Positions 1 to 10,915 of a stretch of 64,000 nt of DNA are shown here, piece by piece (position 1 is the first letter of the stretch; every line of letters begins with the position of its first letter). Source of the stretch: Candidatus Harrysmithiimonas galli (lineage in GTDB: Bacteria > Bacillota > Bacilli > CAJFEE01). The notes beneath the pieces are model-generated. The model was not told the DNA's origin. It ran no database searches and was given only the letters and a program-made list of their open reading frames with translations. The position numbers and the translations under genes were made by a program. The stretch is from assembly GCA_904373265.1 (NCBI GenBank), contig CAJFEE010000001.1:18666-82665 (forward strand), in the 5' to 3' direction.

Positions 1-973
1 TTTATAATAAAAAACCTATATTTATTTATTTTTTCTATAAAAGAAAAAGATTGGAAGGAACGGATATCTATTTGTTTTCTGAAAGAAAATACAAGTCACA
101 TGTCTTACTTCTTCTTAGCAAAGCATTTTTATATACTTATTTGTAAAAACATGTATTTAAATTTTTCATCCATTTTTTTCTAGCCAGCCTTTTGTAGCTT
201 TATATATTCGAAAGGTTCATTCATTTCTTTATGTGTTTTTTATTTTTATGTCCCAATACAAATGGATTGATACCAAATTAGGATATCTGTAAACTTTGTC
301 TGTTTTTTACATATCCTGCTCTTCTACACGATTACCCGAACACAATTATATCAGGCAATATAAAATGCTCAGGATTTATTAGATCTTCCTCTAAGGGGAA
401 TCTATTTTATTCACAAAATTAATAATATATTTTTTATAAATCTTATTTTTACTCTAACCGATTTGTCATTTATAAGCTATATTTCACAAATAAAATGCCA
501 AACCAAATTCATAAGAATCAATCACATTCTTCTTTATGTATAGGAACAACAATAAAATCACTTATTATTTTTAAATTATTTTAAATATATTAAATAAAAT
601 ATAATATTTTTCACAATAGTTTGATCGGATATAGCAAAATCTTTCCAAGACTTTATACCTATCAAACTTGACAAAAATCAAACTGCCTCTATTAGCATTT
701 TAATTTATCCAAATTTTCTTTGTAAAATTTATCTGTTTATATATGGGATACTCGTAATCACATACAATAATTTCTTCCTTTTTATTTGTTGTTCTATAAG
801 CTTCTTTTGTACTTTATAATAATTTTACAATACAATTTCAAATAAATATTCTAGTTAATTCAGTTAAAAATAAAAAATAGGTTACTGGAAATATTTAATT
901 GAATATGTTATTTATTTAAAGTAAAATTATTTTTTACTAGATTAAGAATAAAAATAAGGAGAGTATATGTAAA

Positions 974-1836
974 ATGAAATTATGCAAAATGAGATCTGTA
1001 TTTTGTACAATACTATTGTTATTGGGGGGATTGTCCGCTTGTAGTAGTCATCCTAAAGAAGCAACAACCCCATCTGATGCACAAGCGTGGATTGATGCGA
1101 GTAAAGAGAAAATGAGTAAGATAAAAAGCTATGATGCAGTAATAGACAATAACATAGATATAACTATAAGTAACCAAAGTGCAGCAGTGAAGATGCATAT
1201 GGAATATTCCCATATCTTAGATCCATATGGGATAAAAGGAATGATAGCGTTGGATATGGATGCAGGTGCACTAGGTAATATGACACAAAACGTGGATATA
1301 TATATATTGAAGAAAAAGATGAACAGTATCAAATGTATACAAAAGCGCAAGGAACCAGCGATTGGTTAATTGAATATCTGAACAATTCTGAAGTAACCAA
1401 CTATGAGCCTATAGAGCTGATCCATATATTTTTAGAGGGAATTTCAGATGCGAAAATTATACGAACAGAAGAAATTGAAGGTATGAAAGCACAAGTTGTA
1501 AAAGGTATTATATTTGGAGAAAATCTTAAAGAATTGTTTAAAGCAACTAGCTCAGCAAGTAACTTTACTGATATGAATCTTGAAAAGATTTCAGATGTAG
1601 CTTTCACAAAAGTATTTTCAAATGTACCACCATTATCTATACATATATGGATCGACACAAAAAGTCAATATGTTATAAAATATGAAATGAACATGAGTGA
1701 AGTGATGAATCAAATTATAGCAAATGTATTTGAAGAAAATGTGGCAAAAGAGTGGTCTTATGGTAATGCACAAATATCTACTACTTGTAAAAACTTTAAC
1801 CAAGTAAAACCAATTACCATGCCAAAAGTAAAATAA
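974..1836 (+). pseudogene. Lipoprotein (LolA/LppX-like, DUF6612-type) split by a 2-bp frameshift in an (AT)6 tract
   Basis: ORF 974-1369 has a signal peptide and lipobox (LSAC). Deleting one AT from 1296-1307 gives ...VDIYIEEKDEQYQMYTK..., in frame with ORF 1333-1836 (~286 aa total). Family guess from YSHILDP / IWIDTKSQYVIK / FNQVKPITMP motifs. Confidence 0.75.
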
Positions 1837-2675
1837 AAAAACGTATAGATGTATTTTGTATACCAAAATTTTCCATTCAATATTTTACAGAACATATCAC
1901 CATTTTAAATCATTATGGGTGTTGTACACGCTAAAATCCTAGATTAAAAAATCGTTAGAAAAACAATTTCTCAATTTTTTGGTGAATATGCCAGTCAAAA
2001 TTTGGTATATTGTACAAAATATTGACATATCTAGCAACATCACATGAAGTAAAAAACTATAGACTTTTCACTTATCTTAGAAAAATGATCCAAATATAAA
2101 TAAAATCTTTTGACTTTTTATTTTCCAACCCCTGATATAAATCCAACCCAAAAAGGTAAATCATTAAATGATTTAAACTATATTCTATTTTATTGTTGGT
2201 TGTCTCTTACTCTTATTCATAAAAAAATAAATAAAAAAACCATTCATTTATGACTTCGTTCTTTCCATACTGCTATAAATACGATTTTTTTATCTACCTA
2301 CTTGGCGATATAAAAAAAGTCCTGCTAAACAAACCAAATATTTTTATACCAAAATTTTTCAATCGAAAAACCATGCAATTTTCATCGGATATAATGCCTT
2401 GCATGGTTTTTTGCTTTTTGTTTAAGATTAAAAAAACTTGAGATAAAACCGTCATTATACTCGCATTATAAAGTGTAACGCTCAAATCATATGACTAGAG
2501 AAACAAAAAAGATAAAAAGTATATGGATGATAAATTAAAGAAAAGATTGAACCATCTTCCTTTGTACTAATTATAAAAATATATGGTAAATTTTTTTATG
2601 CTACAAAATCAGTTATTTGTATCTCAACGTTATCCAGTTGTTTCTCATACAATCAAAACAATAGAGGATTGAGCA

Positions 2676-3110
2676 TTACAAAAATTGCCGAAACTCAGTA
2701 CACATTTTTTCTTCTAAATTGGCCAACTTCCGACTTTGTTCTTTTGCTTTTTCATTTGCAGTGGCATATTGATTTAAGTAACGATATACAGATTTAACAC
2801 CCATATTACAGCCATCTGTCATTAAATCAGCAATGGTTTGATCTGAAGTGTCCATAGCCAACTTCATATTGGTTTTTAGCCAAGACATTCCTTTTGCCAT
2901 CGCAGTAGGTTCTTTACCACTATCGTGGTGTTTTTCTAAAAGAACTTGTATCTCATCTTTCAATTTCTCATGTTCTGTCCGATAGCTCAGCAATTTTTGT
3001 TTAAAATCTTGATTTTTCACATATTCAACCACTTCATCTATAGAAGCAACACCCATTTTAATTCCCGCATCACATTCACGTAAAAGCTGGATGGTATCTT
3101 GTTCACTCAT
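2676..3110 (-). CDS. Conserved hypothetical helical protein, probably ferritin-like four-helix bundle
   Basis: 144 aa with GGAGG RBS; LLRECDAGIKMG and IADLMTDGCNMGVKS motifs typical of a Firmicutes ferritin-like hypothetical family. Confidence 0.7.
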   Translation of the reverse strand: MSEQDTIQLLRECDAGIKMGVASIDEVVEYVKNQDFKQKLLSYRTEHEKLKDEIQVLLEKHHDSGKEPTAMAKGMSWLKTNMKLAMDTSDQTIADLMTDGCNMGVKSVYRYLNQYATANEKAKEQSRKLANLEEKMCTEFRQFL

Positions 3111-3143
3111 GACATAACCTCCTGTTTCTTTTGTATCGTGGTT

Positions 3144-3173
3144 ATAGTATGTCCTTTGTGATTATATTTATCC
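3144..3173 (-). promoter_or_regulatory. Putative forespore (sigF/sigG-type) promoter
   Basis: Minus strand GGATA-N14-GGACATACTA upstream of the 144-aa gene; resembles B. subtilis sigF/sigG consensus. Confidence 0.45.
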
Positions 3174-3274
3174 GCAAGCGATGAAATCCAATAAAAAAAG
3201 CAGGAAATGTTTGACAAAAACTTGTCATAAACCTTTCTGCTTAATTTTAAATTATATATTTCATAATTCCTATT

Positions 3275-3403
3275 TCAATCTTTTTTTGAAATTTGTTCAA
3301 AGGTTTTTTTATGCCGTTTGATAGAAATATACAGATTAATTGCTAAACCACCCCAAATGGCAACGATTCCAACACACATCATAACAATAGCTGAAGTTCC
3401 CAT
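3275..3403 (-). CDS. Methionine/alanine import NSS transporter small subunit (42 aa)
   Basis: MGTSAIVMMCVGIVAIWGGLAINLYISIKRHKKTFEQISKKD. ATG overlaps the transporter stop (TAATG), with a GGAGG RBS inside the upstream gene. The SAIxMM...IWGGL motif is characteristic. Confidence 0.85.
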   Translation of the reverse strand: MGTSAIVMMCVGIVAIWGGLAINLYISIKRHKKTFEQISKKD

Positions 3404-4929
3404 TATACAGCCTCCTCTGGATCTGTTTCAAAGTTATAATCTTTTACTTTAATGCTCTTATGCCATGGCAGATTCGTTAAAATGATGGAGCCAATTACAT
3501 AGAAAGCAACGGTACCCCAACCCAAAGTATAAATAAATAAATCCGCATAACCTCCATAGTTCTCCGCTAGATTATCTCCTATATTCAACACGAAAGTAAG
3601 GATTAGAATAAACGGTGTAATCACTTTAATACAAATGCTCCACCATAATCCGAATGAAACATTGGAATATGTATTCAAGTGGGTTTGTGTATCTTTAAAT
3701 GTTTTTGAAATATATCCGTTCACAAGTACAGTCAAAATTGCTGCAAATATCAATACAATATTGTTAACAAAATAGTCAACGATATCCAATATGTACAAAC
3801 CACTTCCGGTTGCATATGGGATGGATAAAATGAGTGAGAAAGACATTACACACCAGGTTGCTGTTCTTCTTTTTAGCTTGAATTTATCACTGAAGGCCAA
3901 AACAGCAACTTCCATCAAGGAAATTAAAGATGTAATCCCTGCCAGTACAATACATAAAAAGAACAAAACTCCAAAAAATTGTGCAAACGGCATTTGGCTA
4001 ATAATTTCAGGGAATACCGCAAATATAAGTCCAGGTCCAGAAGTTGCAACATCTGCAATGGAAACCCCTTTCATAGTTGCCATAAACCCTAAAGCACCGA
4101 AAACACCAAAACCAGCAAGCAATTCAACTGAAGAATTGGCAAATCCAGTAATCAACGCACTGCTACCGATTTCTGCATGCCTTGGCAAATAACTGGAATA
4201 AGTAATCATAATCCCCATACAAAGAGATAAACTGAAGAAAATTTGTCCGTATGCTGCAATCCATACCGAAGGTTTAAAAATTTCATCCCAACTTGGGGTA
4301 AAAAATGCGTTCAATCCAACAGAAGCACCTTCCAGTGTAACAGCACGAATAACGAAAATAATAAATAAGACAAGCAGCAAGGGAATCATAATTTTACTTG
4401 CCCGCTCAATTCCTTTTTTCACACCAGCTAGCAAAACAATGCCAACAATAAGCCAAACAACAGCGAGTGCTGCAAGTACTTGCGGAATAAAGTCGCCAAG
4501 ATTGAAAATATTTGCTGCATCTCCAAGATGTAAGACATCTGTATAAAAGAAATCTCCTGCTTCGCTTCCCCAAGATAAATTGAGTGAGTACAGCATATAA
4601 AGAATAGCCCATGCAATAATAATCGGATAGTAAGTGGTAATACCCAATGTAAGCAAGACACTTAGCCAACCAATAAATTCAAATTTTTTTCCTTTTCCTA
4701 TACGGGCATATGTCAGCGGAGCAGAACCACGATACTTGGTTCCAATGGAAAATTCCAAAGCCAAAATGGCCAGTCCAGTTGTTAATAAAGCAATCAGATA
4801 AGGTAAAAAGAATGCACCACCTCCATTGTCATATGCTACATATGGAAAACGCCAAATATTTCCCAAACCGACGGCAGATCCGATGGCTGCTAAAATAAAC
4901 CCAGTCCTTGAGAAGTTGTTAGAACTCAT
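3403..4929 (-). CDS. Sodium-dependent transporter, NSS/SNF family (MetP-like)
   Basis: GSAVGLGNIWRFPY, GGGAFF, QIFFSLS motifs; many TM segments; start placed at the ATG after AAGGAG. Confidence 0.92.
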   Translation of the reverse strand: MSSNNFSRTGFILAAIGSAVGLGNIWRFPYVAYDNGGGAFFLPYLIALLTTGLAILALEFSIGTKYRGSAPLTYARIGKGKKFEFIGWLSVLLTLGITTYYPIIIAWAILYMLYSLNLSWGSEAGDFFYTDVLHLGDAANIFNLGDFIPQVLAALAVVWLIVGIVLLAGVKKGIERASKIMIPLLLVLFIIFVIRAVTLEGASVGLNAFFTPSWDEIFKPSVWIAAYGQIFFSLSLCMGIMITYSSYLPRHAEIGSSALITGFANSSVELLAGFGVFGALGFMATMKGVSIADVATSGPGLIFAVFPEIISQMPFAQFFGVLFFLCIVLAGITSLISLMEVAVLAFSDKFKLKRRTATWCVMSFSLILSIPYATGSGLYILDIVDYFVNNIVLIFAAILTVLVNGYISKTFKDTQTHLNTYSNVSFGLWWSICIKVITPFILILTFVLNIGDNLAENYGGYADLFIYTLGWGTVAFYVIGSIILTNLPWHKSIKVKDYNFETDPEEAV

Positions 4930-5810
4930 GTTTTTTCTCCTTTCAGTCAATTTTTATTATGTAGTTTTGCGGCAAGAACAAAAAGAATCAATTTCCAAAG
5001 TGCTTTCACGACATATTGAATCGTAGCTCGGGAATTGGATAGTAGATGTTTTACAACTGAATAAGCAGAATGCATTGCTGAAATTTATCCTTTTGTCTCA
5101 CCTTTACATACCAGGATAAAAAGTATATAACTTCGAAGATATTAAAAATCCTTGATCGTATGTCATATGTAATAAAAATATACGAATTTATCAGATAAAT
5201 CAAGAGTTATTTTTATAAGCGAATTCATGGATCGACTTTTTCGGCTTGATACTGGAAAAAATTATTGAATGACTAAATCAAAAAACTTGTTTTTTTATGC
5301 ATAAATTAAAGATAAATATAAAAAAATAAATCCTGATTTTACAGAAATTAAGCTCGACATCTTGATATAAAATATTAATTTTTTATACAAATTGTTACAA
5401 AATATAAATCTGGGAAATGAAATGGAAAATTTTTTATGGATTTTGATCTAACAGGATAAAATGCTAAAATGCATTCAGAAGAGAAAACATTTATTTTTAG
5501 ACTGGATAATTAAATTGCATCAATGAAAAAAGAAAGGAACAAAATACGGTTAAAAGGAACTTCTTTTTTGCATCTAAATCGTTTCCTTTGGGCGATCCAA
5601 GTAAGTATATCACAAAACACTGCGCTTGCTTGGATCTTTTTTCCCACAGGAATTCTATCATTAGCAAAACCTTTAGAAAAAATGAGTTTAAATCATACTT
5701 TCAACCCATTTTCTTTATAATTTTATATGAAATGAAAAAATATTTGTTCAATTATTACGCATAATAAAATCGCTTGATAAAAAATATTTACTTTTTATGA
5801 GTTAGAAAAA

Positions 5811-6362
5811 TTATTTCGAAATATAAGGTTTTAAACGCTCAGCTATCCAAATGGAAAGAATCGCTTTTATACAATCAGGAATAATAAATGGTAAAATGAC
5901 CGTTCCGATTGCATAGCTCCATGTTGTCGGTTGAGCCATCCAGAAATTGTAAATCAAATAAAAATAAACCAAACCAAATAGATAAATTACAGTCAGTCCA
6001 CATAAATAAGCCTGCAAGTAAGATAGCTTTGTCCGTTTCTTTTTCTTTTCTAGAATATAACCAATGAGGTATGCAGCCAAGATATTTCCAAGTAAAAATC
6101 CGAAACTCGGTTGGAAAATATAGGAAAATCCTCCACCATTTGCCAAAATTGGAAATCCAATTAACCCAATAACAACATAAAGAATTTGACTATACATCCC
6201 TTTTTTGGCACCCAGTAATGCGCCAGATAAAAAAACAAAGAAAATTTGCAATGTAAAAGGAATCAATGGCATTGGGATTTTGATAAATGCACCTACAGCA
6301 GTCAATGCAGCAAATAATGTAATCAATACAATATCTTTTAGTTCCTTTTGATGACTTTGCAT
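5811..6362 (-). CDS. bioY: Biotin ECF transporter S component BioY
   Basis: ALTAVGAFIKIP, PFTLQ, GLIGFPIL, PSFGFLLG, PFIIPD motifs; GGAGG before the ATG at 6362. Confidence 0.93.
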   Translation of the reverse strand: MQSHQKELKDIVLITLFAALTAVGAFIKIPMPLIPFTLQIFFVFLSGALLGAKKGMYSQILYVVIGLIGFPILANGGGFSYIFQPSFGFLLGNILAAYLIGYILEKKKKRTKLSYLQAYLCGLTVIYLFGLVYFYLIYNFWMAQPTTWSYAIGTVILPFIIPDCIKAILSIWIAERLKPYISK

Positions 6363-6410
6363 ATTCAATCCTCCTTTATTTATTTTTTTTAGTATATCAT
6401 GTCCTTTTAT

Positions 6411-6443
6411 AATGTAAACTAAAATATAAAAAAAGTTTACATT
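6411..6443. promoter_or_regulatory. BirA biotin operator
   Basis: Perfect palindrome AATGTAAAC-N15-GTTTACATT directly upstream of bioY. Confidence 0.88.
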
Positions 6444-6538
6444 AAAAGGATACAACTACATTTGATTCATATTGAAAAAATATGCTAAAGTAAGAGCAGT
6501 TTTTAGAAATGACATATTATATTGGGAGTGTGGAGGTT

Positions 6539-7792
6539 TTGGACGATTTACCACTAACAATGATCGGCATATTATTTGTGTTTATTATTTTATCTGCCTT
6601 TTTTTCATCGGCAGAAACAGCTTTTTCTAGTGTCAATCGAATACGTATAAAAAATTATGCAGATGAAAAACGTCGGGGAGCCCAAAAAGCATTATGGATT
6701 ACCGAAAACTTTGATGGTGCACTATCTACCATTTTAATCGGAAATAATATCGTAAATATCGCATCTGCCTCAATCAGTACAAAAATTGCAACAGATTTAT
6801 TCGGTGTACAAGGTGTTGTTTACAGTACATTTTTCATGACTGTGCTGATCTTAATTTTCGGTGAAATCTTACCAAAATCGGTTGCAAAGGAGTTTGCAGA
6901 ACAATATACACTGCTGATTGCACCAATTCTTGTTATTTTAATTCGGTTGCTTACACCATTAAATTGGCTGTTTATTCGTTTGAAAAATTGGGTCAAGCCA
7001 AAAAAAAACAACAAGACATTGCCATTAATTACTGAAGATGAAATTAAAGTAATGGTTGAAATGTCTGAGGAAGAAGGCGTAATTGATAATCATGAAGCTG
7101 AGCTTGTACAACGCTCTTTAGAGTTTAATGATATCTATGTTAGAGAAATTCAAATGCCAAGAATGGATATGGTGACGATTGACATTGCGATGACATCTAA
7201 GGACATTTTACAATTGTTTATGGAAGAAAGGTATTCCAGAATACCAGTTTATGAAGGAAATATCGACAATATCATCGGCATTCTTTCAGAGCGAGATTTT
7301 TTATCCCAATATATTATCGACCAAGATGTAAAAGTGCGATCATTATTAAGGGAGCCATATTTTATCGTACCTTCCATGCATATTTCTGATCTTTTGCCAG
7401 AGTTACAAAGACAAAAAAATCATATGGCAATCGTTGTTGATGAATTTGGCGGAACAAGTGGTTTAATTACTTTAGAAGATATACTAGAAGAGCTTGTCGG
7501 TGAAATCTGGGATGAGCATGATGAAAAAACAAAAATGTTTGTACAAATTACAGATAATAAGTATGAATTCCATGCTGAAATTGACTTGGACGAGTTTGCT
7601 AAGATTTTGCAAATTGCCGAACCTGAAAGTCAAAGTAATTCATTGGGTGGTTGGTTATATGAAAAATTCCAACATATTCCTAAAAAAGGGGAACAAATCC
7701 AATATAAAAATATTGTACTAACCATTTTGGAAGTAGAAGCAAGAAGAATCCGAAAAGTAGAAACGGATTTTGTATCCGAATCACAAACATAA
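6539..7792 (+). CDS. Hemolysin-family / CNNM-CBS-CorC transporter protein
   Basis: SAFFSSAETA, ILIGNNIVN, FGEILPK (CNNM); YSRIPVY and VVDEFGGTSGLITLEDILEELVGEI (CBS pair); CorC C-terminus. Start uncertain (6509 or TTG 6539). Confidence 0.92.
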   Translation: MDDLPLTMIGILFVFIILSAFFSSAETAFSSVNRIRIKNYADEKRRGAQKALWITENFDGALSTILIGNNIVNIASASISTKIATDLFGVQGVVYSTFFMTVLILIFGEILPKSVAKEFAEQYTLLIAPILVILIRLLTPLNWLFIRLKNWVKPKKNNKTLPLITEDEIKVMVEMSEEEGVIDNHEAELVQRSLEFNDIYVREIQMPRMDMVTIDIAMTSKDILQLFMEERYSRIPVYEGNIDNIIGILSERDFLSQYIIDQDVKVRSLLREPYFIVPSMHISDLLPELQRQKNHMAIVVDEFGGTSGLITLEDILEELVGEIWDEHDEKTKMFVQITDNKYEFHAEIDLDEFAKILQIAEPESQSNSLGGWLYEKFQHIPKKGEQIQYKNIVLTILEVEARRIRKVETDFVSESQT

Positions 7793-8344
7793 AAAGAAAA
7801 TAAAACATGATGGTCTTTTAAATAAAAATTTAGATAATTATCTCTATCAGTTAAATGGTTTATTTCAAATGAAACTACAATTTCAGAAAATACCTATGAA
7901 GCTAAAACAACAAAATTAAATATTTTTCAAAAAAGTAACTGTTATGATTACACTGAAATTGCTACTACAAAAATAAACATAACCGCTACATTACAAATCC
8001 AATGGTATGGCAATAAAATCTTTATCACCTCTAAACAATTAGAAAAAGCTTCAATAAACTTTACCAGAAGATTTCTTCCATAAAAAAACGAGGTATATAC
8101 AGTCTCATTCAATCATCTTTAAACAATATTTTCAGATTGTATCAAGATAACCCCTATTGAGATAAAATGAAATAAACTTATTATTTCTTAAATATTTTTA
8201 ATTATATGATAATATATAAAAATGGTATCATTTTCTTGTCGGTTCATTTCAATATCATCTATCAGAAAATATAATGATTTGAAGGTATCATGGTACAGCT
8301 CTCTTTTCGTTTTTTATTTGGTTCCTTCATTTTAAACAGAAGGG

Positions 8345-9030
8345 CTTTTTCTTTTAAAACCACCCGTAATCATAGGTGGTTTGTTTTATGATGATAAATC
8401 TTGTAACTGTACAGCCCTCAAAAAGGTTTATCATTTGCTCTACTTTTTCAAGCGGATCTTAAAAAGAACTGTTATTTCTTTCATTGATTTTTTCACAGCT
8501 TTCCTATAAATGGATCTAATATTTTAATAAAACTCAATGATTCTATCACTACAGCATCTTGAATTCGGTTACTATATATTCTTCTATTTCCTTTGGACTT
8601 CTTCTTACTGTACCTACAATCTGTATACCAAAATTTTCTCTTTCCTTATTTTAAATTTACAGATCAATCCAATCGCATCAAACAACTTTTCCTTTTATAC
8701 ATCCTATAAATGATAAAACATAGATTTTAAATGGGAATACTTACCAATAATCAATATGATTCGTACATGTCCTAGCTACACAATTTTCAATCCTTTTATG
8801 TATGCATGAAATCTTACCTGTATTTTTCCATAAACCATTTGTCTTTGATATTTTGGTACAAATGAATAGGATACTTACCATTCGATATTACATATCATAA
8901 ACTATGACCATCTTTTGATATTTAACATTCCTCCTGACATTTAAAAACAGAACTAGCAAACTGATCAGATCTTCACATCTGGAAAGAATGGTTTGATTTC
9001 ATCACTACAAGCGTTTGGGTACTTTAAGTC
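8345..9030 (-). mobile_element. tnpA: Decayed IS200-family element (tnpA pseudogene); ends approximate
   Basis: Minus-strand fragments FVPKYQRQMVYGKI, FIGCIKGKSCLM, KRKFWY, KEIEEYI, LDPFIGK match Y1 HUH transposases, broken by stops and frameshifts. End hairpin AAACCACC-N-GGTGGTTT at about 8357-8382. Confidence 0.75.
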
Positions 9031-9059
9031 TAACCTAAGGAGATTTTCTTCACCAAAAG

Positions 9060-9100
9060 AAAACGCTATGCAACTGAACAATCTGTTTTCATAGCGTTTC
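9060..9100 (-). terminator. Intrinsic terminator of the yerB-like gene
   Basis: AAACGCTATG...CATAGCGTTT stem with an A-run on the plus strand. Confidence 0.6.
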
Positions 9101-9133
9101 TTTATTTGATATTACAAAATAACTTTCTCATTT

Positions 9134-10162
9134 TTAATTTGGTGTAGTAAAGTTCACGGCACTTTCTTTATCTTCTACAACATTAATCCATGTTTTCCCT
9201 GGAATATAGGGGATGACCTCACCATTTTTTGTTGGAACTAAGCGACCGCTATCATTCATCCATGTAACTTCCAGCATTTTTCCATTTTGCAACAAATACC
9301 CTTGACCGCCACTTTGCAAATCAATGCTACGTCTGCCGTAATTATCAATAATATTATGCTCTGTTTTTACAATGAATACATTCTGTACTGTAATCATTTC
9401 ATCATTTTCCCGATCGGTGGTTTGGACACCACCTTGTGAGCGAATATACCCTTTTTTCGTCTCATCATATGTGTAGACCACATTATAATCATCATTGCTG
9501 GAATATTTCAGCTTGACGTAAGTTGCATCTTTGGCTTCTGTATCTCCTGAAAATCCATTCTCTTCATATATATTGGCACGAACTTGGTCAATCATACGTA
9601 TATCCAATGCTTCTGCAGCATCTGAAATATCGGAAGCCGAAGTATATGAATTATGCGGTGCTACTCTTGTTTGATCTCGATGGAAATATTTTCCATCATA
9701 GTTGATCCCATTTAACGCATCGATCGCACCCGATTGCATTAAATCCTCAGCAGCTGGGCTTTGACCATGACAAATATAAAAAGCGTTATAACCAGCAGCA
9801 ATTTTAATATAATAGTCTCGAGCACTTCGAATGGGTCCGATTTTTTCCGGCAGCTCACTTTGAAAAATCGCAAGCCACCTTGTAATATCTGCTTCAGATA
9901 ACAACTCATAAACCATATCTGCTTGACTAATACCACTTTGTGGACGCGCCTTTTTTTGATTGTTAATCATAACAGCTACCGCACGTTGAGTGATTTCATG
10001 CTCTACTTCCTCTCCAGTCAAAGGTGCATAATAAACAAGCGGCTGAATCGGTTCAGAAATAGATACACTTGTATTTTCAGAATCTGTACCTGATTTTTTA
10101 TTGCAAGCAACCATTCCCAACACCATTATACCAATTAAAAAAATAATTCCTATCTTTTTCAC
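9134..10162 (-). CDS. yerB: DUF3048 lipoprotein (YerB-like)
   Basis: Lipobox MVAC; APLTG, VMINN..ARPQSG..AD.VYE, GPIRSAR, APHN, GKTWI motifs; GTG start at 10162. Confidence 0.85.
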   Translation of the reverse strand: MKKIGIIFLIGIMVLGMVACNKKSGTDSENTSVSISEPIQPLVYYAPLTGEEVEHEITQRAVAVMINNQKKARPQSGISQADMVYELLSEADITRWLAIFQSELPEKIGPIRSARDYYIKIAAGYNAFYICHGQSPAAEDLMQSGAIDALNGINYDGKYFHRDQTRVAPHNSYTSASDISDAAEALDIRMIDQVRANIYEENGFSGDTEAKDATYVKLKYSSNDDYNVVYTYDETKKGYIRSQGGVQTTDRENDEMITVQNVFIVKTEHNIIDNYGRRSIDLQSGGQGYLLQNGKMLEVTWMNDSGRLVPTKNGEVIPYIPGKTWINVVEDKESAVNFTTPN

Positions 10163-10277
10163 AGATTTCCCCCTTACTTTCTTTTTATATTCAATGTAGC
10201 ATTTTTTATAAGGAAAAAACAAGTCCCGTTGCAAAATCGGAAATTTTTACATCTTAATTTGAAAAGGAGGAGAGACT

Positions 10278-10751
10278 ATTTTTATTCATACCCCTCGTTT
10301 AACGCTCATGCCTTTGCATACCAATCACCAAGAATGGATTGAATATCTATATGAAACAAAAGAATATTTTCTTGTCTATTTTCGGCAGCTTCAATTATAC
10401 CCACAACTCTATGGATTCGGACCTTGGTTAATTATTGAGAAAAATTCCAAAACCATTATTGGCGATACTGGATTTAAGGGCTATCCAAATCAATCAACCC
10501 TTGACATCGGTTATAACATTATTCCAAATCATCAAAATTTCGGCTATGCAACTGAATCCGTCAATGCACTGTCCGCTTGGGCTTTTCAAACCGGATTGGT
10601 TCATCGAATCACTGCAGCTTGCTATGACTGGAATTTTGCTTCCATCTCTGTATTACAAAAATGCCAATATCAAATTACAGAAAAGAAAAATCACATCATA
10701 TATTGGCAACTTAGCTATGTACCTATGCCCAATCATCGGACACAAATTTGA
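10278..10751 (+). CDS. GNAT (RimJ/RimL-like) N-acetyltransferase
   Basis: IIGDTGFKG.P, DIGYNI.P.HQN.GYATE, N.ASISVLQK motifs. The in-frame N-terminus IFIHTPRLTLMP follows AGGAGG and begins at an ATT codon. Confidence 0.8.
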   Translation: MFIHTPRLTLMPLHTNHQEWIEYLYETKEYFLVYFRQLQLYPQLYGFGPWLIIEKNSKTIIGDTGFKGYPNQSTLDIGYNIIPNHQNFGYATESVNALSAWAFQTGLVHRITAACYDWNFASISVLQKCQYQITEKKNHIIYWQLSYVPMPNHRTQI

Positions 10752-10802
10752 AAAATTTATCCCCTTTTTCCACTGAACCGTTGCAAAAAATAAAAATCTA
10801 GT

Positions 10803-10834
10803 TTATAATAATTATCAATAAGTAATTATTACTT
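10803..10834. promoter_or_regulatory. PerR box(es) upstream of dps
   Basis: TTATAATAATTATCA (one mismatch to TTATAATnATTATAA) at 10803-10817 plus palindrome AAGTAATTATTACTT at 10820-10834. Confidence 0.75.
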
Positions 10835-10915
10835 AATAATACCCCTTGCTTTCTTTCTATCAATTGAAATAGAATGAAAGCGCAACATATATTTTATTTA
10901 GGAGGAATAATCAAT

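Noticed and set aside
1-900. Long AT-rich non-coding stretch, possibly a decayed gene or IS
   Set aside because: No motif I can recognise in any frame.
1840-2100. Possible further IS200 relic (NGKFWYTKY; recurring TATACCAAAATTTT at about 1859, 2345 and 8624)
   Set aside because: Only one or two short matches in AT-rich DNA; not enough to call an element or a repeat family.
7838-8083. 81-codon stop-free frame after the CNNM gene
   Set aside because: No start codon, RBS or recognisable motif.
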